Assembly: GCA_951406725.2 (NCBI GenBank)
Contig: OX597815.1
Span: forward strand, 103,664,001 to 103,728,000
Reading direction: 5' to 3'
From: Octopus vulgaris
Taxonomy: Eukaryota
Length of the DNA stretch: 64,000 nucleotides
Shown: positions 13,453 through 26,842 of the stretch, piece by piece
Layout: every line of letters starts with the position of its first letter
How positions within the stretch are numbered: position 1 is the first letter of the stretch
The notes under the pieces: model-generated
Seen by the model: only the letters and a program-made list of their open reading frames with translations
Told to the model about the DNA's origin: nothing
Databases searched by the model: none
Translations under genes and position numbers: made by a program

Positions 13453-15575
13453 AGAAAGAGAGAGAGAGAAAGAGAGAGAAGGGACAGAGAGAGACCATTA
13501 TAGTTTTTGCCATTTTTCCAGCAGCAAACATTTTGAGAACGGTGCGCTTTGATAGACTCGACTTTTCCTACTTATTTGACTATTCTCAAAATTTAGAATT
13601 ATAAAGTTCAACACGATAGGGTTTTACGACAAAAACAATTGCATGACATCGGATAGAATTGCGTAATCTGTAATGCTAGTCCACATTTTTTTTTTCATTG
13701 AATTCTAAAGGAAGGGTGCAGTGACCATAAACAGTTTCAATGGTTCCAATGAAGAAAAATGAATAATGTTATTACCATAAGGGAAACTTGTCCTGAAATC
13801 TCGCCTTGGAACAAACACTTAAACACTTGTGAAGGCCTGGTAGTGGTGTAAAGCGGAGTACCCAATTAAGTATTCCACTTCAGAACAGGACGGAAGCGCA
13901 TTCATATAGTTTCCGCCGACCAGTTTTGACTCGCAATGTATCAGTTAACCTACGATTATGATAGAAATCATCTACCCAAGGAGTTACACAGTGGAACCGA
14001 ACGCACACCCTCGAAACTGTGTTAGCAACTACTTTCGGAACAAACTACGCTTAGTGCACAACGGACGTATACTATTGTTGTCGCTGTGTGATGAAAGATT
14101 GGAGAATTTCACATCAAAACAAAGAGAAACACAACGGTTCACATAATACTACGGAAAAAACTGAACGATTCGTGATTTATTTAATTTTGTGTTGAGGTTT
14201 AATTTTAATCAATTATTCATGTAAAGTTTTATTAAAGTTCTTGTACTTTTAAGAAGTCACAATATAATTAGTTCTATTACAGTTTTATAATTGATAATTA
14301 TTCTATTTTCGTTGAATTAATTTCATCGCAAATTGAATATCACAATGACGTTTATTGACGTTTCTAACTTCAGAGTAATTTATTAAAAAGTATGATATTT
14401 AGTGCCATCAACAAGCTTTGTATCCGGCCTTCATCACATAATCATTCGCAGTTGACATGTATATGATATCGCTACCATTTAAGATTTATTCCGTTATCGA
14501 AACATAATATTGACAGCTTCGCATATTTGATTCTTAGTTAAGAATGTATACTTTATTCTTTCTCAGGATTTAATTAGCTACATATTTCTCTTCTTTTTTG
14601 TTTTGTCTTTAATTAATTAATTCGTGACTTTTGTAATTTTGTAACGGCTTTTAATGGAAATTTAATTATCACTCGTCAATACTCATAGAAGACTACGGAA
14701 TTTCTGAAAAATGCTTTTTTTTAATACTTAGCTTTAGCTTCTAGTCAGAAGCTTATTGAATAGTTTAGAATATAATTTTGGTGGGATGCTCTACAACTGA
14801 GCCATATTAGTATCTTAACTGAAGAAGTCACATTACATATTTGGTTTCTATTCTTAAATCCGATTAAGAAATGTCTTTGTTGAAAATGAAACGCTTTTAG
14901 AAAATGTTATTTCACCATATTTTAAATCCTCTTAGTATAAACTTAATGATAAACTGATTAAACTTTCTCTTATGTCTCCGCCATGCAGTGTAAGGAAATT
15001 ATTTTCACACCTAGTTTACTCTTTTCAGATAGTCTGATCAAAATATAATGCACCGTGTTACGACACTGATGTTAATAGAGACACGACAGTTACAGTAACT
15101 CCAAATCACATGACAAAAACACACACACACATTTTAAATGAAACACCGCCATTATTAAGCCACAACTGAAGCTTTCTCATGGTAATGTGGGGAACACCAA
15201 CTAAATATCTATTAATATATTACAAAACGACTTAGAGGAACAATGTGAACTACTTCAATGCTTGGTATTCCATGTAGCCAAATCGACATATAATTCTTTT
15301 TCCATATCTGTAATTTTATAAGTTATCTATGAGAAGACGTGGTATTCTGTCTGACTGACAGATCAACTAGACATAACAAGATCAGGTGTGTGTATCACCT
15401 CTTGGGGTTGGCATTATTTCTATGCAGCTCTATGATGGTGTTTTTCTTTATTTTATTATATAATTCATGGCAAAAATAAAAAAAACACATAAAAGCAAAA
15501 GAAACCGTCATTTTCCGAATAAAATATACTCGCATATAGAATTTATACATATATACGTACTTGCATACATACATG

Positions 15576-15678
<103 letters not shown>

Positions 15679-15807
15679 ATATATGGTTCAAATTTACTGA
15701 AAGCAAGAGACGAAGACAGATGAAGGAACATCAAGCCGGTGTATTAGATTAACATTATACTCACATATAGAATGTATACGTACATACGTACATGCATACA
15801 TATATAC

Positions 15808-16458
15808 ATGATCGCTGCCCCCTCGTTATCGAGTATGGCCATTGCACGAAGCTTAACTGTTATTGGTGCTGTGATCGAATGTGACTTTTACTTGCTTTTT
15901 AAGGCTACATACAGCCATTCAGTTGAGACTCACAGCACTATCAACAATCATGAACAATGTTGTTATCGTGCAATGCCTGTGCAAGAAGATTTTTTTAAGT
16001 GAGGAAAGGCTGTGCACTGAGTCAATCCCACTCACTAAACAACAGCAGCCATAATCCGAAAAGAAGAACAAGTCAACATCATCTGTAACCACTGAGCCGC
16101 AGGTTTTATGTCGACGTTATCCCAGTTACCTGAGTTACCTTCTCCTAGAAGGATGCCCTAACAAAGGCTAGGAGTCCTTCACTCCCAATGGCTTAACCGC
16201 GCGATCGGGTATTCAGTCCGATTATTTCTACGTTTCCGCGCATGATACAGCCTTAAGACATTTATTGGATGGCCGTTGACACTCAAGAGTTCCTCCGCCT
16301 TTTGACGGGTTTTGTTTTTCATCCCGCTGGGTGTCCAATAAACACCCTCCTCACCAAGCAAGCTTGGTGAGGTTGCCGGTTTAGTCACCGACGGCCCGAC
16401 CATGCAACAGGTTGTACTGGGTTACATGTTACCAGTAGCACTCAAAAGTGATCTGACA
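15808..16458 (-). mobile_element. Probable non-autonomous retroelement (RTE-like), non-coding
   Basis: GC-richer 650-bp island flanked on both sides by (TACA)n. Perfect 11-bp hairpin cctcaccaagc-aa-gcttggtgagg at ~16349-16372. Family and strand come from general resemblance only. Confidence 0.4.
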
Positions 16459-16587
16459 ATATACATACACACATACATAAATACATACATACATACATAC
16501 ATACATACATACATGCATACATACATACATACATACGTACATACATACATACATACACATATACATTCATACACACACACATATATA

Positions 16588-16790
16588 GTTCAAATTTATT
16601 GAAGACATAAGATGAAGACAGGTGAAGGAACAGCAAGTAGTTGTATTAGATTACTGCATGGGCAGAATGGAAAACGTTTTAACGTTTCGAGCCTAAGCAC
16701 TTCGGCAGAAAGGTTTGAGAAGAGAAGAAAAAGGGGAAAGAACAAAAACTGAAAAAACAAACTGAGAAAGGAAAAAAACTGTCTTGGGAT
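16588..16790 (-). mobile_element. ~200-bp microsatellite-embedded element with minimal hammerhead-like motif
   Basis: Similar to 15685-15752 and 35421-35620. Minus strand 16678-16711 reads ttt-CTGCCGA-a-gtgc-ttag-gctc-GAAA-cg-TT-aaa. Confidence 0.6.
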
Positions 16791-17003
16791 TATATACATA
16801 TATATAGGCACCACTTGTACGCTTTTAATCCTAAGTAACACTAAATTTAGAGTTGCGCAGCTGTACAAGAGTTTGCTGAATGGTTTAAAACGAATCTGTA
16901 GGTCTTTGAGCCAATCATATAATTCTGCATTAAATAGCACAATTTTATTCACTGTTTTATGTATTGAGTTTCCCAATTCCTCATCTTGGTCTCTGTTTCT
17001 GCT

Positions 17004-17034
<31 letters not shown>

Positions 17035-17635
17035 CTATTTACCTATCTATCTATTTATATACACAGAGACACACATACATACACTGAGATACTGTAACAC
17101 GCACACATATACACACACATAGACACACACACAAAGAGAAATATCGTTTGCACTCTGTAAATTGGACCTATTAATACAAATATATATTTATATTTGAAAA
17201 TTCATCCTCTTAAAGTATCCACTTTTTACTTTCTCTCGTTTTGCATATATAACTATATACATATTTTGTATTTCATACCCAAACTGCTATATTTAATATA
17301 TACATTTAGCAGAAGCAACAGAGTGAGTCAAGGGTTGAGAGTTTCATGTGTTGACACATATCAAAATAAGTGGATCTCTTAGTTTTCTGTATATATATAT
17401 ATATGTATGTGTGTATGTGTGTGTGCGTATGTGTGTGCGCGTGTGTATGTGTGTGTGTGTGGTCTGCTTCTGTACTTGTCCCCCTCCACCGCTTGACAAC
17501 CGACGTTGGTGCGTTTACGTCCCAGTAACTTAGTGGTGCCAGGGTTAAAACTGTACTGGGAAGGGTTCATTCGGCTAAAATTCATCAGGCGCTGCTCCAC
17601 CTTAGTTGCGGTCTCATGGCTGAGGCAAGTACAAG

Positions 17636-17681
<46 letters not shown>

Positions 17682-17685
17682 AAGG

Positions 17686-17736
17686 AGCTTCTACAGGACT
17701 AGTACTGTTTCATTCAAGAGAAATCTTCAGGAAGCT
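17686..17736 (-). ncRNA. Hammerhead ribozyme motif (type I)
   Basis: Exact reverse complement of 21295-21345. Confidence 0.7.
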
Positions 17737-18197
17737 ATTTAACAAGAATAGTATTAGCATTTATACATTTAGGCAGGTTTAAAGGAGTGATGGTGGGGGA
17801 CTTTTTTGGGGGTAGGCATAGCGCAAAATATCATACTTGGGGGAGTGGTCAAGGAGTCAGTGGTAAGTTAGATGAAAGAATAGATAAATAAAAAAATAAA
17901 AAAATAATAAAATAAAAAAATAAAAAAATATAAAAAATATATAAAAAAATAAAATAAAAAAATAAAAAAATAAAAAAATAAAAAATATAAAAAAATAAAA
18001 AAATAAAAAAATAAAAAATAAAAAAAATAAAAAAAATAAAAAAAAAAAAAAATAAAAAAATAAAAAATATATATAAAAAATATATATATAAAAAATATAT
18101 ATATATATAAAAAAAGGGGGGATAGAGTTATAGGTAAATAAGGAGATTCTCACTTATACCTATACACATATGTATACGTATCTACACACACATATAT

Positions 18198-18248
<51 letters not shown>

Positions 18249-18544
18249 CACATATACATACATATCTACATACACACATACATACACCCGCCCACATATA
18301 CAAATTTATACACATGCACATGCATATACCTGTCTACACATACACACACGTATATATGCATACACTCACTCCCATGCATGCACGCATACACACATGTATA
18401 TATATACCCACGACCACACATACATATATACACAGAAAGATATATATTCATACGCACATACACTCATGCACACACAACACACCTAGTTCCCTATATACAC
18501 ATATTTACACCTATATATACATACACCCACATACACATATGTAC

Positions 18545-18575
<31 letters not shown>

Positions 18576-18674
18576 CACGCATACATATATATACATGTGT
18601 GCACATACATACATATACACATATACATACACATACACATACACATGTGTACCTATACATACCTACACATACAC

Positions 18675-18715
<41 letters not shown>

Positions 18716-19106
18716 CCAATACAGGCCCATTCCCTAATTTTAATTTTATTATCTTCATTTATTACTTTTGTTATCTTTGATCGCTAGAGCTAAGGATCCT
18801 GGCTATGGCAGCATGTCCATTTGTCTGTCTACTAGAAGGCAAGTACTCATTCCCGCACGCACACTCATTAGCACGTACATTCACCCATTCGTACACTCAT
18901 ACACATACACGTACGCACGCGTTATATTCATACATACAAACATCTACATACGTTCACGTATATACACATACGTACTCGTACCTACAGATTCGTGTCTACA
19001 CTTTAGGAGGCTAGTCTATACATATACACCAATAAATATACACATATATATATATATACACATATACATACACACACACACATATACTCCTACATACAGA
19101 TACATA

Positions 19107-19153
<47 letters not shown>

Positions 19154-19353
19154 CATACACATACACACATATATATACACACACATACATACACATATAT
19201 ATACATACACAAACATATATACACACATATATATATATATACACACATACACACACATACATACATATACACACAAACACATACATACGTATACATACAT
19301 ACATACATCCATACATCCATACTTACATGCATTTATACGCATACACACACCCA

Positions 19354-19390
<37 letters not shown>

Positions 19391-19885
19391 TCACACATAC
19401 ATATACAAATATACGCACACACATACATACATACACGTATACACATACACGCACATACACATATACACATATACATGCGTACCCATACACGTGCACACAC
19501 GCACGCGCATCCATATATATACACACACACACATATATACACGTGTGCAAGCATACATACATACTCATACACGCACACATACTTACATATACATATATGC
19601 ACACACTTACACGCATATATACATACACATATACATGCATACATACATATATGCATACATACACATACACGCACATACACATATACATGCGTACCCATAC
19701 ACGTGCACACACGCACGCGCATCCATATATATACACACACACACATATATACACGTGTGCAAGCATACATACATACTCATACACGCACACATACTTACAT
19801 ATACATATATGGACACACTTACACACATATATACATACACATATACATGCATACATACATATATGCATACATACACACACGCGCA

Positions 19886-19929
<44 letters not shown>

Positions 19930-20074
19930 TACACATACATATACATACACATACACATACATACATATATATACACATATATACACATATACACATACAT
20001 ATATACACATATACATACATATACATACACACACACATACATATATACATATACACTGATACTCATACCCATAC

Positions 20075-20105
<31 letters not shown>

Positions 20106-20188
20106 TATACACATGCATATACTTATATCTCTACATACTCACATATAAACATATATATATATACACACATATACATATACATGTACAT

Positions 20189-20221
<33 letters not shown>

Positions 20222-20223
20222 CC

Positions 20224-20255
<32 letters not shown>

Positions 20256-20892
20256 TACATATACACATATACATGTATACATACGCAATAATGATACACA
20301 TATATACACATACACACACACAGACAGATGCATATACATACATATATATATAAATTACATATCTATATAAATACATACATAATACACATATACACACACA
20401 TATATATACATGCATATACATATACAAATATACATACACATACGTACACACACACGCGCACACATACATATACACACACACATATACAAATACATACATA
20501 CACACATACACACACACACATATATACATACATGTACACATACACATATATATATATCAACAAGAGAGGGTAAAGTTAATTAGTTATTAATCAATTTCAC
20601 CAAATATTCAGTATGTAAAGGGACCATTATTATTTTGAGTAAACAATGTTAGGGGGAAAAAAATTCTCTAAGTAGTGGAAGAGGCTAAAAAAACTTTATT
20701 GGCTGCTATTTCTAGAAAGTTTAGTATGTGGCAAAGTAATTTATTTTATTTTACTAAGCCCTAATTATATAATATTTTATACATACATACACATACATAA
20801 ACACATACATTTACACATACATATGCATATACATATATACACATATACATACAAACACATATACATATATACACACACACACACATACAAGC

Positions 20893-20935
<43 letters not shown>

Positions 20936-21294
20936 AATATATATACATATATATATTTTTACATGCATACATACACACACACACACACATAATACATGCG
21001 TATATTCCTACTGTACCCATGCATTTCTATACATATATACATACATACGATACACACGTATTTTTTATATTTTTTTATTTTATTATTTTTTTATTTTATT
21101 ATTTTTTTATTTTTTTATTTTTTTATTTTTTTATTATTTTTATTTATCTATTCTTTCATCTAACTTACCACTGACTCCTTGACCACTCCCCCAAGTATGA
21201 TATTTTGCGCTATGCCTACCCCCAAAAAAGTCCCCCACCACCACTCCTTTAAACCTGCCTAAATGTATAAATGCTAATACAATTCTTGTTAAAT

Positions 21295-21345
21295 AGCTTC
21301 CTGAAGATTTCTCTTGAATGAAACAGTACTAGTCCTGTAGAAGCT
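21295..21345 (+). ncRNA. Hammerhead ribozyme motif (type I)
   Basis: agcttc-CTGAAGA-tttc tctt gaat-GAAA-cag tactagtc ctg-TA-gaagct. 6-bp stem I, canonical CUGANGA/GAAA core, GUA cleavage triplet, weak stem II. Confidence 0.7.
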
Positions 21346-21428
21346 CCTTCTATATAATAAATTAATTTTACTCTGCTATGTATTGAGTACCTTACTTACT
21401 GTGGTTAACCCCGAATCAACCCGGGACC

Positions 21429-21481
<53 letters not shown>

Positions 21482-21526
21482 CTGTGTCTGTGTCTGTGTA
21501 TGTATGTATGTATGTATATATAAATA

Positions 21527-21564
<38 letters not shown>

Positions 21565-22413
21565 TGTATATATATGCACAAACATATATAATACATATAT
21601 ATGTGTATATATACATAGTTAGTTATATGTATATATATGTATATGTATACACACACATACACTGTTATATGCACACCACACAATTTCATACGTCCATACA
21701 TCCATATATACATACGTACATAAGAGAACAATTATGCTGGTTGGGTAATCAACTAACTTCTTAGTAAATTAATAATTATTTATTGATGAGAAAACAGAAG
21801 TGATCAGTTTTTTTATATATCTTCGTGTTTCACGATCTACAAATGTAAAATAATTAAGTGATTGAACAAACAAAAACGTAGACAAATAAAATGTAACTAT
21901 GATGAAATATGTTTTCGTATTTTTTCCCTTTCATTTACTAATCAAATCAAACAACCATTCGTCCATTCAGTTTACTTTAAAGAAAATCTATAATTACTTA
22001 ATGAGAATCAAACATTGATACAATTTCGCTTTGTTCATGGCACTGTTGAGACGATCGTATAATAACTTATACATTAATGAAATGGGAATATTCATTCTCT
22101 AATCGGTAAAGTGTTCCACTATGAATACTATAAGTACAGGCATAGCGTTGATACTATCATACATATATACATATATGTGTGTGTGAGTGGCGGTCAGTGG
22201 GGGTGTCTGGGTATGTGTGTGTGTGAGTATATGAGTGTGTGTATATATATATATATACATACATACATACATACATATGCTGAGTGAGTGAGAAGAGGAG
22301 AGGACAGTGGAATGTAGATATAGATATATAGATGTGTATATATATATATAGAGAGAGAGAGAGAGAAAAAGAGAGAGACGCTTATAGATATAGATAAATA
22401 GATAGATAGATAA

Positions 22414-22487
<74 letters not shown>

Positions 22488-22648
22488 GGATGGATAGATA
22501 GATAGATAGATAGATAGATAGGTATACACGTATGCACATCCATCTGTCTACGTATATATGTTTATGTGAGTGTTTGTTCACTAACTTCTGAATGTACATT
22601 CACGGTAAATGTGAGAAAATGTGTATCATCCACGTGGCTTATATATAC

Positions 22649-22701
<53 letters not shown>

Positions 22702-23526
22702 AATATATATTAACAACAGATTATCTACTCAACAGTAGATCTTAAATATATATAGTTTAACTACTCAGGTTCTATTTCTTCATTTTGTCGTGCAAAAGAC
22801 TTTTTGACAAAGAAGAAATATTTTTGAAATATTCTTGTGTAACCATATACACTTCTACAAAAGAATATTGAAAGCTAAAGCTGATCGTATTTACTTAGTT
22901 TTCTAATATATTTCTTGCCAAATTTATATGATTTCTTAAAGAGTAAAACTATCACATTTGGTCAATTATGGCTGATTACATAATGAAGTCAAAATGTAAA
23001 ATATGGCGATGTCAAAAAATATCGAAGTTGAATAAATCATTATGAATTTATACGGATCCAAACCTGACCTAACTGTTGTACCACGAAGAAAATTTTCCAG
23101 GGAACATATTCCCAAATGCATTACAAAACACCAACAACAATTGCCGAACAATTGTAGCCGAACGGCCTTTTTCTGTTGTGTATGTATAATTATTTTCTTG
23201 CTGTACTTGTATTATCATTCTATTACTTTTTTGTTGTATACTAAGAATTGTTATATTTTTAGCTTGTCGCGTTTTTTTCTGTCCTTGTATACATTAATTA
23301 GCTCTTCCCAGTGGCTTCTTGCACCACCACTGCCGAAAACGAAGTGGTATTATTGTAAAAAACGCGTATCCACTAGAATGTTGTGAACATTGACTGATGA
23401 GAAATCATCTGCAAAACTTCCCCGTATTGTGTTTTTGTTTATTTTTCCGTTGGCTTTTGTTAATTTTCCGTTGTTATGCTTTCGACCATTTTTCTCTTCA
23501 ACCCTTGAAATATATATGAACACACA

Positions 23527-23606
<80 letters not shown>

Positions 23607-23634
23607 TATGTGTGTGCCTGTGTGTCTGTGGGCG

Positions 23635-23790
23635 TATACGATGGACTTCTTTCCGTTACCGTGTACCAAATCGAATCACAAGGCAACGGTCTGCCCGGTG
23701 CCACAGTAGAAGACATTTACTCAAGGAGCCTCACAATAGATCTGAAGTCGGAAACATGTCGTTGGGAAGGAAATTTCTTAGCTCAGTGGC
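23635..23790 (-). mobile_element. Diverged SINE 5'/body fragment (second family)
   Basis: Reverse complement resembles 63600-63725 (..ccttg(a/g)g..tcttctact..gccttgtga..tttggta.ac.g.aa..aaagaag). Weaker relatives at ~12750-12880, ~13900-14050 and ~55905-56050. Confidence 0.6.
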
Positions 23791-23807
23791 ACACACACAC
23801 ACTCACA

Positions 23808-25230
23808 CACTGAACTGCAAAAGAAACGCGATTTTTTCAAATGTCATTTTTGTATGGTAAATTTTGAAAATTTCGAGGATGTAAGTGCAAATATTCCAAG
23901 ATATGCTGGTTTATGCTGGTTTATGACTTTCCACTTTCCCTGAAACGATATGCTAAAATGCTGCTGCGTTGAATGCCGTGGGTGGTAGTCGCAAATAACT
24001 GTCATGAAAACCGAAATGCACGTGCATCTCTTGGAGGTTATGGGTATAAAAATCAACTTGAACCGCATTCCTGGCATTGTAATTTGCACGCTTCAGAAAT
24101 GATCCGATTGCCAGCAGCGCAGAGAGAACAAGCTACCGGCCGATTGCAAGCAAGGCAGCGTGCCCTGGTTGTTGCGAAAGCTTGCAATGTCCATGTTAGT
24201 GCCATTTATCGCCTGCAACAGTGATACAGCAACACCAACAGCAATGCAGGCCGTACCTGCAGAGGGCGCTTCCGGGTGACCACACCCAGGCAGGACCACT
24301 TCATGCATCTGCAACACTTCCGTGATTACTTCAGACCGGCCAGCGTGACAGCTCGCGAGACCATTGGCAGTGGACAGCGACCCATCAGCGATGACACGGT
24401 TCGACGTCAAGTGGCCATCAATAAACTGCGTTGCTGCCGTCCTGCTTGAGGACCTATCCTCAACGTCCGCCACCGTCAGGCACGACTACAGTGGGCTACA
24501 CAGCACCAACATTCACAGCATCAACAATGGAGGTCGATAGTCTTCTGTGACGAGAGCCAGTACTTCGTTTCCACCTCAAATAGCAGATTGAGGGTGTGGC
24601 ATAGGAGGGGGTGAACGCTACAGAGACGCATGAGTCATGAAGAGGGACGTGTGGGGTAACCAAAACATCATGGTTTGCTGTGCTATAGACATGAATCAGA
24701 GAATTGGGCCCCATGTACCCTTCTTCGCGCGTCAACATAGCTACGTGTTTCAGCAGAACAATGCTCCCTCCTACACGGCCAGGGTCACCATCGATACAAC
24801 ATCAAAACAATGCCGTCGCCGGCTCTCAGCCCGGATTTGAACCCAACTGATCACCTGTGGGATGAAATCCAGAGACGGTTGATCCAGGTGGTCGCAAAGC
24901 CGACAACTCGTGGAACTTGAGGCAGCTTTCCTCGGGGTATGGGTACAGGTGCCAATACCTTTTGTGAATCAACTCATGCACTCCATGTACCGACGGTGTG
25001 TGGCCATTTTGAACACCCAGGAAGGGTATACACAGTATTGAACATATCACACCCGACAATCTTGATGTGCTGGATCCGCCTACTACTAGAACACATGGCA
25101 CGACCCATAGACTGTGGTCAAAGTGCATCCAAGAAAAAGAATTTATTAGATTTATCAAAATTTATCTCTGGCATAAAATTTAAAATATTTTACAGTCACA
25201 CACGTCTCGTGTTGCTTTTGCGGTTCAGTG
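23808..25230 (+). mobile_element. Tc1-family DNA transposon, decayed
   Basis: TIRs: left cactgaactgcaaaagaaacgcga, right (reverse complement) cactgaaccgcaaaagcaacacga. TA at 25231-32. Confidence 0.92.
24099..25041 (+). pseudogene. Tc1 (DD34E) transposase pseudogene
   Basis: MIRLPAAQREQATGRLQA.., GRFRVTTPRQD, ARLQWA, WRSIVFCDES, FQQNNAPSYTAR, SPDLNPTDHLWDE and C-terminal GYTQY*. Stops, frameshifts and an internal deletion. Confidence 0.9.
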
Positions 25231-25233
25231 TAC

Positions 25234-25440
25234 TCTTTTATTCTTTTACACGTTTCAAACATTTCACTGGGGCCATACTGGAGCACCGCCTTAAAGGTTC
25301 TTTTAGACGATGAAATCAACCCCAGGACTTATTCTTTGTAAGCCTAGTACTTATTTCCTCAGTCTCTTTTGCAGACGTAAACACACCAAGATCACTTGTC
25401 AAATGATGGTGGGGATACAAACACAGGCACAAAGACGCAC
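25234..25440 (-). mobile_element. SINE 3' fragment (second family)
   Basis: Reverse complement resembles 17465-17637 and 63760-63941 (..aaggcggtgctccagtatggcc..tgaaac.tgtaaaagaataaaag). Confidence 0.6.
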
Positions 25441-25496
25441 ATACACAGATATAAATACATACTTACATATTTACATACACTCGTACACACACATAC

Positions 25497-25578
<82 letters not shown>

Positions 25579-26842
25579 GAGGTGGAGGAAGATATAAAAA
25601 CAACTACCAGGACCAATAGTGGTTTATTGAGGCAGAAGGTTGTGGATTTTTTTCGTATCGAAATATGATAAACCGAGAAAATGTTTTATATTTCAAGGTA
25701 GGCAGGCAGGGTTGCCAAATATGCGAATAAAATGCAAGAGTTAAGGAATGGAGTAGATAACTTCCGTGTACATATGTTTCATAGCGAGTGGAACCTAGGA
25801 AGCGAGGTGTGTACCACAGGTTACTCTTCAGGTCAAGGGTATTTTGATTAAATAGAGCTCATATTGTCGTAAAGAGGTACATGTCGACACACGGATGATT
25901 CGATCAGAATGTGTAGAGAGAACGGCTATAGTAGAGAATATAATGTGAATAGAAAATAAGGGGTGTAAGAAAGAAAGGAATATTGGGAAAAAAAGAATTA
26001 AAAAACACATAAGGTGAGGGATTTTTTCCCTTTGAACGACAGATCGAGAAATTAATCTTTTGTAACTGAACTCTTTCAAACTTTGGATACTGGTAGAATG
26101 TGTCATATAAAACATCTTTTACTATTAGTGTTGTTGAGAAAAGTTTATATTTTCAAAGTTATTTCGTGTTAAAGTTGTCGTATTTCGTTAATTTCAACCA
26201 ATCAGTGACGAGTATTCAACCAATCAATCACGTGCAACCACATCCTGGACACTATTGTTCCTAGATCCACTCTGGCCCGGAGTTGTAGACCCTCTCAGAG
26301 TCCCAGCAATTGGTTAACCAGCTTATGTCTCTGTGAACATATGGACAATACATATGAGCACGGAGACGCAGAAATGCACTAGATCTGTGTCAGTATGTGC
26401 AATGAGAGCACCACTAGTGAGGGAGCCCTAGCTGTTGCCACAGCACCTTCTGGGAAAGGGACACTCTAGTGTAAAACTTGTGGTTTCACGTGATTACTGG
26501 TCTTCTCGTTTCGACCTATCATTAGGTATTATACAAGGAAACTCAGATAGTCCACATGTCTATTCAATACTCCATCAACTGAAAGTCCAATAGCAATGGA
26601 ACAGTGCCGACGTTTGCAGAGCTAACCAGTTGGAAGCGCACAGTAAGTTACAACATTCGTCTATCATCTATGTTCCAAACTATGCAGATCTGAAACGGGA
26701 CTGAATAATCATCTGAGAGGTCATGCTGTTGACAACGAGGAAGGGAAAGGAGGCGTCAATCATCTGTGAAGATGGTGTAATCATTATATATGTATGTATG
26801 TTTATGTATATATATATATATATATATATACATATATATATA

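Larger units (their letters stand above)
17681..21350 (+). mobile_element. Putative non-autonomous Penelope-like element: microsatellite body bounded by inverted, hammerhead-containing arms
   Basis: 17681-~17890 is the reverse complement of ~21141-21350 (two mismatches seen), continued inward by (ATAAAAAA)n and (TTTTTTAT)n. The interior is degenerate (CA/TA/CATA)n. Fold-back hairpin at 18129-18164. Confidence 0.6.

Noticed and set aside
23388-23410. CTGATGA-GAAA-TC string
   Set aside because: No stem II or flanking helices; a chance match to the hammerhead core.
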